Positions 47,061 to 57,655 of a DNA stretch of 64,000 bases are shown piece after piece (positions within the stretch are counted from its first letter, which is position 1; the number at the start of each line of letters is the position of its first letter). This DNA is from a virus. The notes under the pieces were generated by a model, which was given only the letters and a program-made list of their open reading frames with translations, was not told the origin of the DNA and did no database searches. Made by a program: the position numbers and the translations under genes. The stretch is taken from the IMG/VR virus record IMGVR_UViG_3300036819_000087, positions 32,001 to 96,000 of that record; one strand, 5' to 3'.

Positions 47061-48785
47061 GCACAGTCAAGATCCGCGTGTGGGGCAAAAAAGACGACTG
47101 CCGGGCCACTGTGGAGCAACTCAGCGCGGTGATGGCGATCCTGTCGGTCAGCGGATGGGTGCGGGACCAGCCCCGCCGCCGCCGCGGTGCAGTCCCGGAC
47201 GATGACCCCTCCGAAAGCATCCTCGGCCGCGTCTACGTCGAGGCTGACCTGCCGGCGGGGGAATAGCCCGCCACGCCGAGCCGGCCCGGAAACCGTTGCG
47301 CTGACGGCGTAACCGCCGACAATGACTGTATGACCGCAGGACCAGCCGCCGATGAGGCCGCCGCCCAGTGGTGGCCCGGCCCGGCCGACGGTGACCAGCC
47401 GCTCGGCCTGGCCGAGGTCGTCCAGCTCGGCCGCGCCCAGTTCCGCCGTGCTCTCATCCGCCGTCTGCGCCGTGAACACACCGGCGGCCTCGGGTCTCCG
47501 CTGGTCACCGAGCACCCCGAACTGGTCGCCGATGTGGTCATGGGGCTTGCCAACCTCCTGGTCCCCGCGAAAGATGGGGAACAGAGACGCAACTGCGAGG
47601 GGTAGTTGCGCGGGGAGGGATTGCAGCCATGGGGCTGGGTCAAGGCGACGTGACGTTCTGGACATGCCCGAACACCGCTCACACCGCGGTCCGTGCTGAG
47701 GGCGCGGTCAAAATCTGCGAGGTGTGCGGTCTCACCTCGAAACACACCGGGACCTTGATCGACCGGGGGCAGGCTGACCAGCGGCAACGCGACCTGCTGT
47801 TCCTCCGGGACCTGGCCCGCCGGATCCGCACCGCACGGGAACTTGTCCTCGAGGGCGACGCCGACGACGGTCTGCTGCGGGTGCCGGCGATTCCGGCGCT
47901 GTGTGTCGACGCGGTCGCCGATCTCCTCGGGGACGCCCCGGTCGGTGCCCCCTCGGGTGAATAACGGTCACAGGTCCGTAACACACGTCAACCCGGCGGC
48001 CACGTTGGGCGACTCTTTAGCGGTACCGCCGTTTGAGACGCAAAACCGCCCCCACCAAGCACGTCTGCTGGTGGGGGCGGTGCCAGCGGCCCGAAACAAC
48101 CGAGGAAGGAAGAACCGGCGCGTGGCTATGACCACCATAGTGCGTGACCGTAACCCGGTCACGCAACCCCCGCTCCGGGCGGGGGAGTAACACCAGCCGC
48201 CCACCGGGCGGTGAAGGGGGAGAGGGGGGCCAGCAGATGCTGGGGGGGAACCTGACCGTGGCCGGGGTCCTGGTCGCGGTCGCTGCGGTGGTGGCGTTCG
48301 CGGTCGCCGCGGCCACCACCGTGCTCGTGCTGGCCAGGAACCGGCGGCGGGCCCGCCGCGCCGTCCACGGCATCAGCCGGGCGGCAGCGGACGGCGTGTG
48401 GCGGCCCGGTGACCCGGGTTACGGCGACACGCTCCGCGCAAACACAATTCACCCAGATGAATGGCCGGAAGCGTGGCAAGATGATCGCCGCGCAGGAGGG
48501 GGAAACGATGGACTGGGGAAACGACCAGATAGGCCTGCCGGGGGTGCCGGGGGATGCCCGCCCGGACCCGGCGGGGAAACCGGCTGGACGGCACGCGAAA
48601 CAGCGTGAACCCCGCCGTCGCCCGTTCTGGGGGCGCCGCGGTCAGCACGCACCACAGGCAGATCCCCGGCCGCGCCCGGCGCTCACCTGACCCGCCGGCC
48701 GCGACCGGGGGCCTGCCCCTAGCATCACCCAGCAGATAGCCACCGGGCTGAAGCTGGCACGTCAACCAAAAAGAGGAGCAACACC

Positions 48786-49511
48786 GTGTTCGGAAAATTC
48801 CGTAAGAGAATCGCGGTGGCCGCTGCCAGCGCGGCCTTGATCGCTGGCGGGGCTACCGCCGCGCTGGCCCCGGCCGCGTCGGCGTCGACCGCCAAGCCCG
48901 CGTTCACCCCCACGTGCGTCGCCTGTATCCACGTCCAGAACGTGTACGCCTTCCGCGGCGCCCTCGACGCCCTCCACCAGGCCACTGCGGTCAACTCGCC
49001 GATCGGCCTGTGGTACGAGACGCCGACCACCACCGACGCGGGCGCCGACATGCTCCAGGTCACGGTGACCGGCGCGACCGGCATCCATGGCGGCAGCGTC
49101 AACCAGTCGAACCTCGACTGGTCCAAGTACAACGGCGACTCGGTGGTCCGGTTCAAGTACGACCCGTTCGGCAACGGCGGCGCCAACACCTACATCGGTC
49201 TCCAGGGCCCCAACCCGGCCACGGCGACCAAGCTGGCGCTGCGGAACGACAACCCGAACTCGATCTGGCAGGAGTTCATCCGGGTCCCTGTCTCCAAGGA
49301 GGGCCTGGGATACGCCCTGTCGAAGGACACCACCCCGGACCACTACGTGCTGATCGACGTGGGTCAGACCGTGAACCCGGACGACCCGATGGTCGTCACC
49401 GACCCCGGTGACGCCTTCACCGGCAGCCTGGTCCAGCAGGACGTGGAGCCGCTGTCCATCGGCCAGTTCAGCAACGTGGCCACCAACCAGATCTGGGACA
49501 CCCAGAACTAG
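48786..49511 (+). CDS. Secreted protein
   Basis: RKRIAVAAA...ASA signal peptide; AGAGGAG RBS; strong codon bias; hairpin downstream. Confidence 0.8.
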   Translation: MFGKFRKRIAVAAASAALIAGGATAALAPAASASTAKPAFTPTCVACIHVQNVYAFRGALDALHQATAVNSPIGLWYETPTTTDAGADMLQVTVTGATGIHGGSVNQSNLDWSKYNGDSVVRFKYDPFGNGGANTYIGLQGPNPATATKLALRNDNPNSIWQEFIRVPVSKEGLGYALSKDTTPDHYVLIDVGQTVNPDDPMVVTDPGDAFTGSLVQQDVEPLSIGQFSNVATNQIWDTQN

Positions 49512-49630
49512 CCGCCCGGCCGTAGCGCCGTGCATGATCTCCGCCCCCCGGCCCGGGTTCCCTCCCGTCTGGCCGGGGGGCGGACCCAATTCCTGCCACC
49601 ACTCACCAACCCAGCAAGGGAGACAGAATC

Positions 49631-50353
49631 ATGATCCGCCGCAGAATCGCCACCCTCACCGCCGCGGCCGCCGCCGCGGGTGTACTGCTCACCACCCCCG
49701 CGCTCGCCGCCACCCCGGCCGGTGCGCAGCCCGCCGGGCAGCCGATCAACGCCTGCGTGAAACCGTCCGGGGTCCTCGACTACCTGCAATTCGCGGTGAC
49801 CAACTTCGGGAACTGCGCGAAGGGCGACAACCACTGGACATGGGCCGAGCAAGGCCCGGCCGGCCCGGCCGGGCCTGCCGGGCCGCAGGGCCCGTCGGGT
49901 GTCGTCTCCACCGGCCAGCACAACATCGTCTCGGGGCCGGTCTCGGAAAACTCAGGTGGCCACTTCACCGACCCGGCCACGGGCGCCAAGGACGTGGGCC
50001 AGGTCAAACTGGCTGCGGGCACGTACTGGATCAGCGTGAACGCCCAAACCGAACCCAACGCGACCGCATCCGGTCAGATCTTCCCCCAGTTTTTCGTCTA
50101 CGACGGGCCGCAGACCGGCTCCGACTTCTCGAACGACCTGTTCAACATCGGGGCCGGTGCGCAGGAACCGTTCATCGCCGGGAACGCGACACAGCACGAC
50201 AGCTACTACTCCGGGTCCACGCAGATCACGGTCCCGGCCGGTGGCGCGACGCTGCACTTCTACGCCTTCGGGTACGACAGTGACTCCGGGGCGAGCACGT
50301 ACAACCTGATGACCTTGAAGTTCGCCGCCACCCAACTCAACCCGGCCAGCTAA
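49631..50353 (+). CDS. Secreted protein with short collagen-like linker
   Basis: RRRIATLTAAAAA...ALA signal peptide; GPAGPAGPAGPQGPSG. Confidence 0.8.
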   Translation: MIRRRIATLTAAAAAAGVLLTTPALAATPAGAQPAGQPINACVKPSGVLDYLQFAVTNFGNCAKGDNHWTWAEQGPAGPAGPAGPQGPSGVVSTGQHNIVSGPVSENSGGHFTDPATGAKDVGQVKLAAGTYWISVNAQTEPNATASGQIFPQFFVYDGPQTGSDFSNDLFNIGAGAQEPFIAGNATQHDSYYSGSTQITVPAGGATLHFYAFGYDSDSGASTYNLMTLKFAATQLNPAS

Positions 50354-50377
50354 ACCCGGCCCCGGGCAAGCACAAGC

Positions 50378-50411
50378 CCCGGCCACCCTGAAGGGGTAGG
50401 GGTGGCCGGGG
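50378..50411. terminator. GC hairpin (same stem family as 51923-51952)
   Basis: CCCCGGCCACCC...GGGTGGCCGGGG. Confidence 0.55.
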
Positions 50412-50943
50412 CTGCCGTGCAACGTCTGCTGGACGTATGAAGGAGCATACCGAGTGGCCGCCACTCAACCGGCCGGGAAACCCGGCCATGTTACCGACCC
50501 GTTTCAGCCCGCCGCCCGCGGGCGGCGCCTCGGCGGCGGACCGTCCGCACCGCGGATGGTGTCCGACCTGGCCGTCAACCGGGCCCGGTCCGTCTCCGAA
50601 CTGCCCGAGGATCAGCGGCTGTGCCGCATCCACGGCCACGACTGGCCCAAGCTGGTGTTCAACCGGCCGGTGCCGTGGAACATCGACTACGTCCCCGACC
50701 CGTCCGGCTCGTTCCAGCGGGTCGAGATCTGCGCCCGGTGCGAGAAACGCCGCTGGCGGTGGACCAAGAGGGGCGGGGCGATGGACCGGGAAGAACACTG
50801 GCGGTACAACCCGCCGCCCGGCGGGTGGATGACGTTGCCCGCGGAGCTCGAAGTGACCCGCCTCGACCTGGTCGAGGCCAACGACGAGGTGTGCCTGCCG
50901 ATGGTGCTGGCGGCGATGGCTGGCCGGGGACGGGAACTGGCCG

Positions 50944-51474
50944 ATGCGTGAAACGATTGTGGTGCTCTGGTGTGACCAGCACCACGCCGACGACGGCAGC
51001 AAGGTCACGGCCACCGTGCGGGTCGTCCCCAGCCTCGACGGCCAGGCCGTCAACCTCGACCTGTGCCAGGAGTGCGCGGACAAGGTCCGCGCCGTGCACC
51101 AGGCGTGGATGAAGATCGGCGAACCGGGCCGGGGACGGAAGCGACCCGCCGGGCGGCCCCCCGCCTCATCGGACCGGGCTGAGTTCCTGGCCCGGCTCCG
51201 CGACTGGTGCGACACCCGCAGCATGCAGAACCCGGCCGGGACCGGCCCCTCGTACGAGACAGCCAGCGGAAAACGCAACTACGACCAGGCCGAACCCCCA
51301 GTTCACTTCCTGGGAGGCCAAGCACGGCACATGGGACCGGGACCGGTGGCTCACCGGGCAACGCGACGCGGCCGCGTCGGCCGCGGCCGTCAACGGGACC
51401 GCACCCGCCCGGGTGTGAAACCCGCAACACCCGCCCCCGAATTACACGATTGTCGTTCCGACCCGAAAGGATAG
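50944..51474 (+). CDS. Lsr2-like protein (probable frameshift near 51295)
   Basis: IVVLWCD...SLDGQAVNLDLC...LRDWC matches Lsr2 dimerisation and DNA-binding patterns. Confidence 0.65.
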   Translation: MRETIVVLWCDQHHADDGSKVTATVRVVPSLDGQAVNLDLCQECADKVRAVHQAWMKIGEPGRGRKRPAGRPPASSDRAEFLARLRDWCDTRSMQNPAGTGPSYETASGKRNYDQAEPPVHFLGGQARHMGPGPVAHRATRRGRVGRGRQRDRTRPGVKPATPAPELHDCRSDPKG

Positions 51475-51492
51475 GGGAGACAAATCACCAGC

Positions 51493-51903
51493 GTGCCAGG
51501 AGGTACCCGCATGACGTGTGAGCATTGCGCCGCGACAATCTTGCATGCGGTCGAGCGGCTCTCCGTCGACATCGACGAGCGGGTACTCCCGTTGCTGCGC
51601 ACCCTCAACCGGAAGGTGGACCGCATGTCCGAACAGCAGGCAGAACTCGACCAGGACGTTCAGGCTCTCGGCGGCATGGTGTCCGACGTGGCCACCCAGA
51701 CCAGCCAGCTCGGCACCGACCTGTCGGCGATCGAGCAGTGGATCGCCGACCAGCCCACCGACACCCCCGTCGACCTGTCCGGCCTGACCAGCCTGGTCCA
51801 GACCGCGCAGCAGACCCAGCAGGGCCTGGACAGCCAGGTCCAGGCGGTCACCGACGCCGTGCCCTCGGCGCCGGCCCCGGACCAGCCGCCGTCGGGCAAC
51901 TAG
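51493..51903 (+). CDS. Coiled-coil hypothetical protein
   Basis: Gln-rich heptads; hairpin at 51923-51952 downstream. Confidence 0.6.
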   Translation: MPGGTRMTCEHCAATILHAVERLSVDIDERVLPLLRTLNRKVDRMSEQQAELDQDVQALGGMVSDVATQTSQLGTDLSAIEQWIADQPTDTPVDLSGLTSLVQTAQQTQQGLDSQVQAVTDAVPSAPAPDQPPSGN

Positions 51904-53330
51904 CCCCGTACAGCACGACCGGCCCCGGCCACCCGACGAGGGGTGGCCGGGGCCGGCTACTTCCCCAGCACGTCAACTCACCGAGGAGCCTACCCCGTGC
52001 CCGCCTGTTTCACCTGCCCATGCTGCGGAGCGGTCAGCCACCACCCCGTCGATGTCGCCCAGGGCTACTGCGGCTGGTGCCACGCCTGGACCGGCGATCC
52101 GGAACTCGGGCCGTTGCATCTCGCCGGCCCGTGCCCGCACCGCACCACCTGGCCCGGGGTTCACGCCGCGAACCGTTTCCTGAACACCAGCCGGTAGAGC
52201 GGGCCGACCCGGCGCCACCCGGCGTAGACCGGGTTGCCTGGATACACAGAGCGCCACAGCCGCCCGCAGCCACATCTGATGATGATGCCGGCCCGGTCGG
52301 GCCGGTAAAGGGCGTCGCGGCAGCTATGCGGACGGTAAATCTCGGTCACCGCTGACCGGCGTCGAGGTAGTCCCACGGGCAGTCCGTGTCGGCCGAGACG
52401 CACACGCCGGCGTGGTTCCGCCACACCGGCACGTGCCCATCCCGGGCGGTGACATGACCGCCGTAGCAGGTCCACAACCGGCCGTCGCTGGTCATTTCCC
52501 CGGCCTGGCCGCACTGCCAGCGGCCGTCGCCGAGGTCCCGTGCGTCCGGATGCTCGGCGGCGGCGAGGGTTTTCGGGCAGCGGTGCTGGTCACCCGGGCA
52601 CGGTGCCTGCGCGTTGACCTCGACCGCCGGGACCCGGCACCGGCGGCACATCGGCGGCCCCGCCCGTTTCAGCAGGACCGACGGGGTCAAGTCCGGCATC
52701 GGAGTGAACAGGTGGCCCTGTCCCTGGGTGAGGAGCCCATCCAGGTAGGAGATCCGGGTCGCCTGCGTTTCGGCGACCAGCCGGGCGCGGCCCTCAGCGA
52801 CCAGCGCCGTGTTCAGCCGCTTCTCCGCGTCGAGCCGGGCCCGCTGCAACTGGTCCCGCTGGACGGCGGTCACAGTATGTCTCCCGGATCCACGGTGTCG
52901 ACAGCCACGCCGCCGCGGCGGATCTGGGCGCGCCGTTCCGGGGGATCCGGTTCCCTGACGCGGGCGGCCGCCTGGCCGGTGGATTCCCGGAAGTTCGCCC
53001 ACGAATGGTAGGCGGCGGCGGTACTGGTCACGGTCCAGCCGCGGGCCAGCACCGTGGCGCGGATCTGGTCGAGGGTTGTTTCGCTGGCGGCGGGGCCGAT
53101 CACGTGGGCGTGCCCGTCGGGGTCGACCGCGACAACCGCGCGGCGGGTCACCGCAGCACCCCGGCCAGGGCGAGGACCAGAGCGATCAAGCAGGCGAACC
53201 CGGCGGCGGTGATCGCGAGCGTGTGGGGGCTGTCGTCGAGCCATTCGAGGAGCCCGCGGGCGAGGTCCCTGATCATTGGCGGCCGTCCTCTCGGTCGTCG
53301 TACCACGGGCCGATCGCCTCGCGGAGGTCA

Positions 53331-53864
53331 TCAATGGCCCGTTCCAGGGCCGGGGTGCAGTCGCGGCCCGTTCAGCGTCATGCCGATCAGGGCCAGCCGC
53401 TGATACACAGCCGCAGCCACGGCGTCACCTATCAGCATGTCAACCTCACGCTGGCCGGGTTCGAGGTGGTCCCACGGGACCAGCCAGGACCGTTTCGGCT
53501 CCGGGTGGGTCAGCGCCCACTGGACCCAGGTGTCGCGGACGATACGGCCAAGCTCCTCCCGCTGAAGGGGACCCGCCGGGGCCGGGCGGGCACATCCGAT
53601 GTCGTGGTAGGCGCCGGTCATCTCGGCGACCACCTGGCTGCGGGTCGGTTCCCCGTCGGCCTTGACCGTGATCTCGGCCAGAAGCCGACCAAGGTCCTCC
53701 GGGGTGGCCGGTTGACCGTTGAGCGGCACCTCGACCGTGAGCGCCCCGTTGTAGGGGGTGGCCCACATGGTGAAAGTGGTGGTTGCCCCGATGGGGTACC
53801 AGCAGTGGCGTTCCAGCCACGCCTCGATTTCGTGGATTGTTGGCATTCGGGTGGGGTCCGGCAT
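53331..53864 (-). CDS. Hypothetical protein
   Basis: CCGAAACAACCGAGGAG upstream; WLVPWDHL...REVDMLIG. Confidence 0.65.
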   Translation of the reverse strand: MPDPTRMPTIHEIEAWLERHCWYPIGATTTFTMWATPYNGALTVEVPLNGQPATPEDLGRLLAEITVKADGEPTRSQVVAEMTGAYHDIGCARPAPAGPLQREELGRIVRDTWVQWALTHPEPKRSWLVPWDHLEPGQREVDMLIGDAVAAAVYQRLALIGMTLNGPRLHPGPGTGH

Positions 53865-53895
53865 TTGTCTCCTCGGTTGTTTCGGGTGATGCGGG

Positions 53896-54255
53896 TTATT
53901 CGTTCCCGGCGGGGCTGGTGCCGTCCCCCTGACCCTCGGCCACCCACTCGGCGTAGCCGTACCCAGGCGGGGGGATCTTGCCACCCCACGCCTCGGTGTC
54001 AGATTCGAGGCGGGCCAGTTCCTCGCGGGCGGCGCCCACGTACGCGGTCCAGCCCGGCAGATCCTGGTCGGGGTTCGGGACTTCCCCGATGATGATTCCG
54101 CCCTGGATGCCGGTAAAGGCCATGAAGTCAACGTCGATAGCCTCGTCGATCGCTGCTTTCACCGCAGCCGCGTCGCCGCGGGTGTGTGCCTCGAAGGATT
54201 GGGTCATCAGTTCCAGGACGCGGACGGTGCGGCGACGCTGTTCTAGCTCGGACAC
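53896..54255 (-). CDS. Hypothetical protein
   Basis: CCGAAACAACCGAGGAG upstream. Confidence 0.65.
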   Translation of the reverse strand: MSELEQRRRTVRVLELMTQSFEAHTRGDAAAVKAAIDEAIDVDFMAFTGIQGGIIIGEVPNPDQDLPGWTAYVGAAREELARLESDTEAWGGKIPPPGYGYAEWVAEGQGDGTSPAGNE

Positions 54256-54291
54256 GGTTAGGTGCTCCTCGGTTGTTTCGGTGGTGCGGGG

Positions 54292-54966
54292 TTAGTCGTT
54301 CCCGGCGGGGCCGGTGCCGTACCGGCCCGCGAGGATGTAGGCGGCGTGGCCGTCGAACTGGCCCCGGTTGGGGTCGGCTGGCTCAGCCCAGCCGGTGAAC
54401 GGCGAGTAGTAGACGATGGTCACACCGAGCATGGTGGCCGGGTTGCGTTCGCGGTACATCGCGAACGTAGTGCCGGGGGTGTTCGGGGCGAATCCTTCCT
54501 GGGTGTTGCAGCTAGGGCACAACCATCCGCGGATCAGGCCGGTCAGGTGGTCGTGGTCAAGGAACTGCGACCGGCCCCCGCAGATGGCGCACCGGCCGGC
54601 TTGCCACTCGACGAGCATCCCCCACCCGTCGTCATCCGCCGTCCGTGTGCGGTGCGAGTCCTCGACCGGCCAGTCCCAGCACGCGGGCGGCCGTTGCCGC
54701 TCGGCCAGGGCGGCCCGCTTGGCCGGCTCATCCAGCGCGGCGGCCTGCCGGGTCAGCACGTCCAGCAATGCGTGCTCAGAGTCGGTCAGGTGTTTCCGGC
54801 ATGATGGCGGTGTCTCGACCGGGGGCACCGGCAGGCCGAGCATTTCGGGGACGCGCCAGTAATCACCCGGCCGGGCGACACGATCGTTCCGGCACGGTGT
54901 GCCCCTTTTCGCCGGGCGCCCGCATTTAGTCACAGGCCGGCCGATGTCATCGGGTTCTTCTTCCAC
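54292..54966 (-). CDS. Endonuclease VII-domain protein
   Basis: QAGRCAICG...DHDHLTGLIRGWLCPSCN. Confidence 0.88.
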   Translation of the reverse strand: MEEEPDDIGRPVTKCGRPAKRGTPCRNDRVARPGDYWRVPEMLGLPVPPVETPPSCRKHLTDSEHALLDVLTRQAAALDEPAKRAALAERQRPPACWDWPVEDSHRTRTADDDGWGMLVEWQAGRCAICGGRSQFLDHDHLTGLIRGWLCPSCNTQEGFAPNTPGTTFAMYRERNPATMLGVTIVYYSPFTGWAEPADPNRGQFDGHAAYILAGRYGTGPAGND

Positions 54967-55970
54967 CTGTCCACGTCGCGGACGTACTTCATCAGGATGG
55001 GGGAGCCGTCGCGCCAGCCGCCGTGGCGGCCGATCGAGAGCAGGTCGGCTCCTCCCAGGTAGGCGCCGGTCGCGCCGCCCGCCCGGAGACTGTGTGCCCT
55101 GATGGCGTCACCGGAGATCCCCGCGGTCAGCGCGGCCCGGTGCATGATGCTTCCGATCGCTTTTCCGGTCAGGCGGCCGTCGGCCGCTGCGCGGCCGGCG
55201 AGGTCGACACCGGGTTCGCCGTAGATGTGCCCATGGCGGTCCACGTACCGCAATAGCGGACCCGAGGTGATGCCGCGGGCGGCCAGGACCGCGAGCCACG
55301 CGCGGGTGAGACGGACCGGGCAGGTGAGCGGGTCGGAACCGTAGGGGACGGCAACCTTCCGCCCGGCCGCCATCTGGTCCCGCTTAGCCTTCCGGATGGT
55401 CACGTCCATCCCTTGCTCGACCTCGGCGAGATCACCGATGGACAAGCGGACCAGTTCGCTGCGCCGCGCCATCATCGCCCAGCCGAGCACCAGCACGAGC
55501 CGGTCCCGCAGGAACAGGACAGAGTCACCGTCCAGGGCCTCGGTGATGGCTTTGAGCTGGCGGACGGTCAGGGCGGCGGCCGGCCGCTCGTTCGGCTGCC
55601 CCCGGTCGGCTCGCTCGTTGCGGTATGTCTTCACGACGGACCGGGCGGGGAGTGTGTCGGGTGGCTGGTGGCCCCCGAGTTTGTGAATGACCCGGACCGA
55701 GGAGACGGCCCGCATGATCGTCGCCGGTGCCTTGTTCTCGTCGGCCAGGTGGGAGGCGTACTCGGCGAGGGTCTCCGCCGTGCACGGCAGCGCGGCCCGG
55801 CCAGCTCCCGCGCACCATTCGGCGAAGATCTTCCAGTCGCTGGCGTACGCCTGCCGGGTTGATTCGGGGACACTCGCAGCGATCCGGTCGAGGACCCGGG
55901 CGGACACTGTCGTATCGGGGCCGGCTCCAGGCGCACGGTAGGCAACCACATCGGCTGTGTTCACACACAC
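54930..55970 (-). CDS. Tyrosine recombinase, Cre-like architecture
   Basis: STRQAYASDW..F..WC N-domain; RDR...RRSEL, KRDQ, HSLRAG, HGGW, KY catalytic set. Confidence 0.92.
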   Translation of the reverse strand: MCVNTADVVAYRAPGAGPDTTVSARVLDRIAASVPESTRQAYASDWKIFAEWCAGAGRAALPCTAETLAEYASHLADENKAPATIMRAVSSVRVIHKLGGHQPPDTLPARSVVKTYRNERADRGQPNERPAAALTVRQLKAITEALDGDSVLFLRDRLVLVLGWAMMARRSELVRLSIGDLAEVEQGMDVTIRKAKRDQMAAGRKVAVPYGSDPLTCPVRLTRAWLAVLAARGITSGPLLRYVDRHGHIYGEPGVDLAGRAAADGRLTGKAIGSIMHRAALTAGISGDAIRAHSLRAGGATGAYLGGADLLSIGRHGGWRDGSPILMKYVRDVDRWKKNPMTSAGL

Positions 55971-56177
55971 TCCCGTCTGGGATACCAGATCCCCCGCTTA
56001 TAAGACTCCAGAATACCGTGGGTTGCGGCCCTGTCGCGGGACGGTTGACGGCGTGTTGCGTAACCTGCCCGGCCTGCTTGTTGCGGTCCTGTTGGCGGTG
56101 GGTTGCGGGTTGCCGCCACCTTGCCGGGCCGTTGCCTGGTACTGGATTCCCGGCGCGGACGGGGTTACCGTGCAAGC

Positions 56178-56399
56178 ATGGACAAGAACCCGCGCATAGG
56201 AAAGCGCATCGCAGCCACCATCCTCGCCGCCGTGATGGGAGGCGGGGCCCTGGCCATCGCGGGCCCGGCCTACCTCTACCACGGGAAGGCCCCCCAGCAC
56301 AGTTCGGCCTACCTCTACCACGGGAAGGCCCCCGCCACGGACTGGGGAGTCGCTGTCGCCGACGGTGCCGCTAGCCCGGACTACCTCTACCACGGCTGA
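56178..56399 (+). CDS. Secreted peptide precursor with three YLYHG repeats
   Basis: 73 aa: basic N-region, hydrophobic core, AYLYHGKAP x2, terminal DYLYHG; TACCGT 6 nt before ATG suggests a leaderless transcript. Confidence 0.8.
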   Translation: MDKNPRIGKRIAATILAAVMGGGALAIAGPAYLYHGKAPQHSSAYLYHGKAPATDWGVAVADGAASPDYLYHG

Positions 56400-56544
56400 C
56401 CGCCCATCCCCCTCTGATCCCCGGCCCGGCACCTCACACACTCACCCGCGCCGCGTCCCACCGACCGGTCCCGGCCTGTTATCCCAAGGCCAATGGTGGA
56501 GGTGACCGGGCCGGTCTATGCCTACTAGGCTTGGCCGTGTGAGC

Positions 56545-56775
56545 ATGACAGCCCGTGACCTGGCCCTGGTGGCCCGGACACGGGCCGATCTGGTCTCGGG
56601 CCGGGCCGCGGCGGCGCGGAAAGCGGCCGATGTGGGGCTCGGGGAGATCGCCGGGGCGCTCGGTGTGTCTCATCAGGCGGTGTCGATGTGGGAGCGGGGT
56701 CTTCGGCGGCCGCGGGCTGGGCACGCCCTGGCCTATGGGCGGGTCCTCGCGCAGCTCACCCGCGCCGCCGCCTAA
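56545..56775 (+). CDS. Small XRE HTH protein
   Basis: ARKAADVGLGEIAGALGVSHQAVSMWERGLRRP. Confidence 0.85.
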   Translation: MTARDLALVARTRADLVSGRAAAARKAADVGLGEIAGALGVSHQAVSMWERGLRRPRAGHALAYGRVLAQLTRAAA

Positions 56776-57635
56776 TCTCCCCAGGCGTCGAACGCGGCGG
56801 CCAGCAGTTCCCGCGATTCGGTTTCGCTGGCCGCGGCCGACCACATCTCCTCGAACGCCATCTCGTGCCGCCACACCGTGTCTTCCTCGTCGAGGCGGTC
56901 CAGGTCGCCGCCGAACTGGGGCACGAGCACCTCGTCGGGGACCGGTACCCCGGCCAGGGCGGTGAACGAGGCGTGGATGAACGGGGGCAGGTCTCCCGGT
57001 ACCTCGTCGGAGTCGAGGGGCAGCACCCGCACCGACACCGGGGCGGGGACCTTCAGTATCCGCTCGACCTGCTGCCGCATGACCACTTGGTCGCCGAACT
57101 GCCGGCGCAAGGCGGGCTCGCCGATGAGCGCCCGGACGGCCAGGCCGCCGCGCTCGAACCGGGCCTGCGGGGCGGTGATCTCCTCAACCAGCGCCCGGAC
57201 TGCTCCCGGGGGCCGGGGGAAGATCCGCGCCTGGGAGGTCAGGACGGCGGCCGCGTAGCCGCTGGTCCGCAGGAGGCGGGGCAGCGTCAGGGGGGCCCAC
57301 TCCAGGATCGTGTTCGCGGCCGTGAACGTTTCCGGTGGCCTGCCGGGCCCGCGCCACGGCTTGCCGCCCGCCGCGAGGATCTGGTCGGCGAGGTCGAGGA
57401 TGGCGGCGCGGCGGCGGGCCGGCACGTTGTACAGGTCGAGGAGCTTGGCGAGGTCGCTGACTCGGACCGGGTGCGCGCAGTTCTCGATCCGGGACACTTT
57501 CGAGATGGACCAGCCTGTGTGGCGGGCCACCCACTCGCTGTTCTCGCCGAGGGCGTGCCGGGCCTGGAGGAGTGCGGTGGCTATCCGCCGGTCGAGCACT
57601 GATGCGACCGTCATGCGCTGATAATAGGCACGCAA
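56772..57635 (-). CDS. XRE regulator with DUF5753-like C-terminal domain
   Basis: TGWSISKVSRIEN...LLDLY; LPRLLRTSGYA; IGEPALRRQFG; VRVLP. Confidence 0.88.
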   Translation of the reverse strand: MRAYYQRMTVASVLDRRIATALLQARHALGENSEWVARHTGWSISKVSRIENCAHPVRVSDLAKLLDLYNVPARRRAAILDLADQILAAGGKPWRGPGRPPETFTAANTILEWAPLTLPRLLRTSGYAAAVLTSQARIFPRPPGAVRALVEEITAPQARFERGGLAVRALIGEPALRRQFGDQVVMRQQVERILKVPAPVSVRVLPLDSDEVPGDLPPFIHASFTALAGVPVPDEVLVPQFGGDLDRLDEEDTVWRHEMAFEEMWSAAASETESRELLAAAFDAWGD

Positions 57636-57655
57636 CTAGCCGTGCAAAAAGCATG

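Noticed and set aside
55980-56030. loxP-like site upstream of the recombinase
   Set aside because: Only a short CTTATAAG palindrome; no convincing 11-13-bp arms
56178-56399. YLYH as biarylitide/cittilin RiPP precursor
   Set aside because: Not a YxH pentapeptide, has a signal peptide, and no P450 or radical SAM gene is in the window
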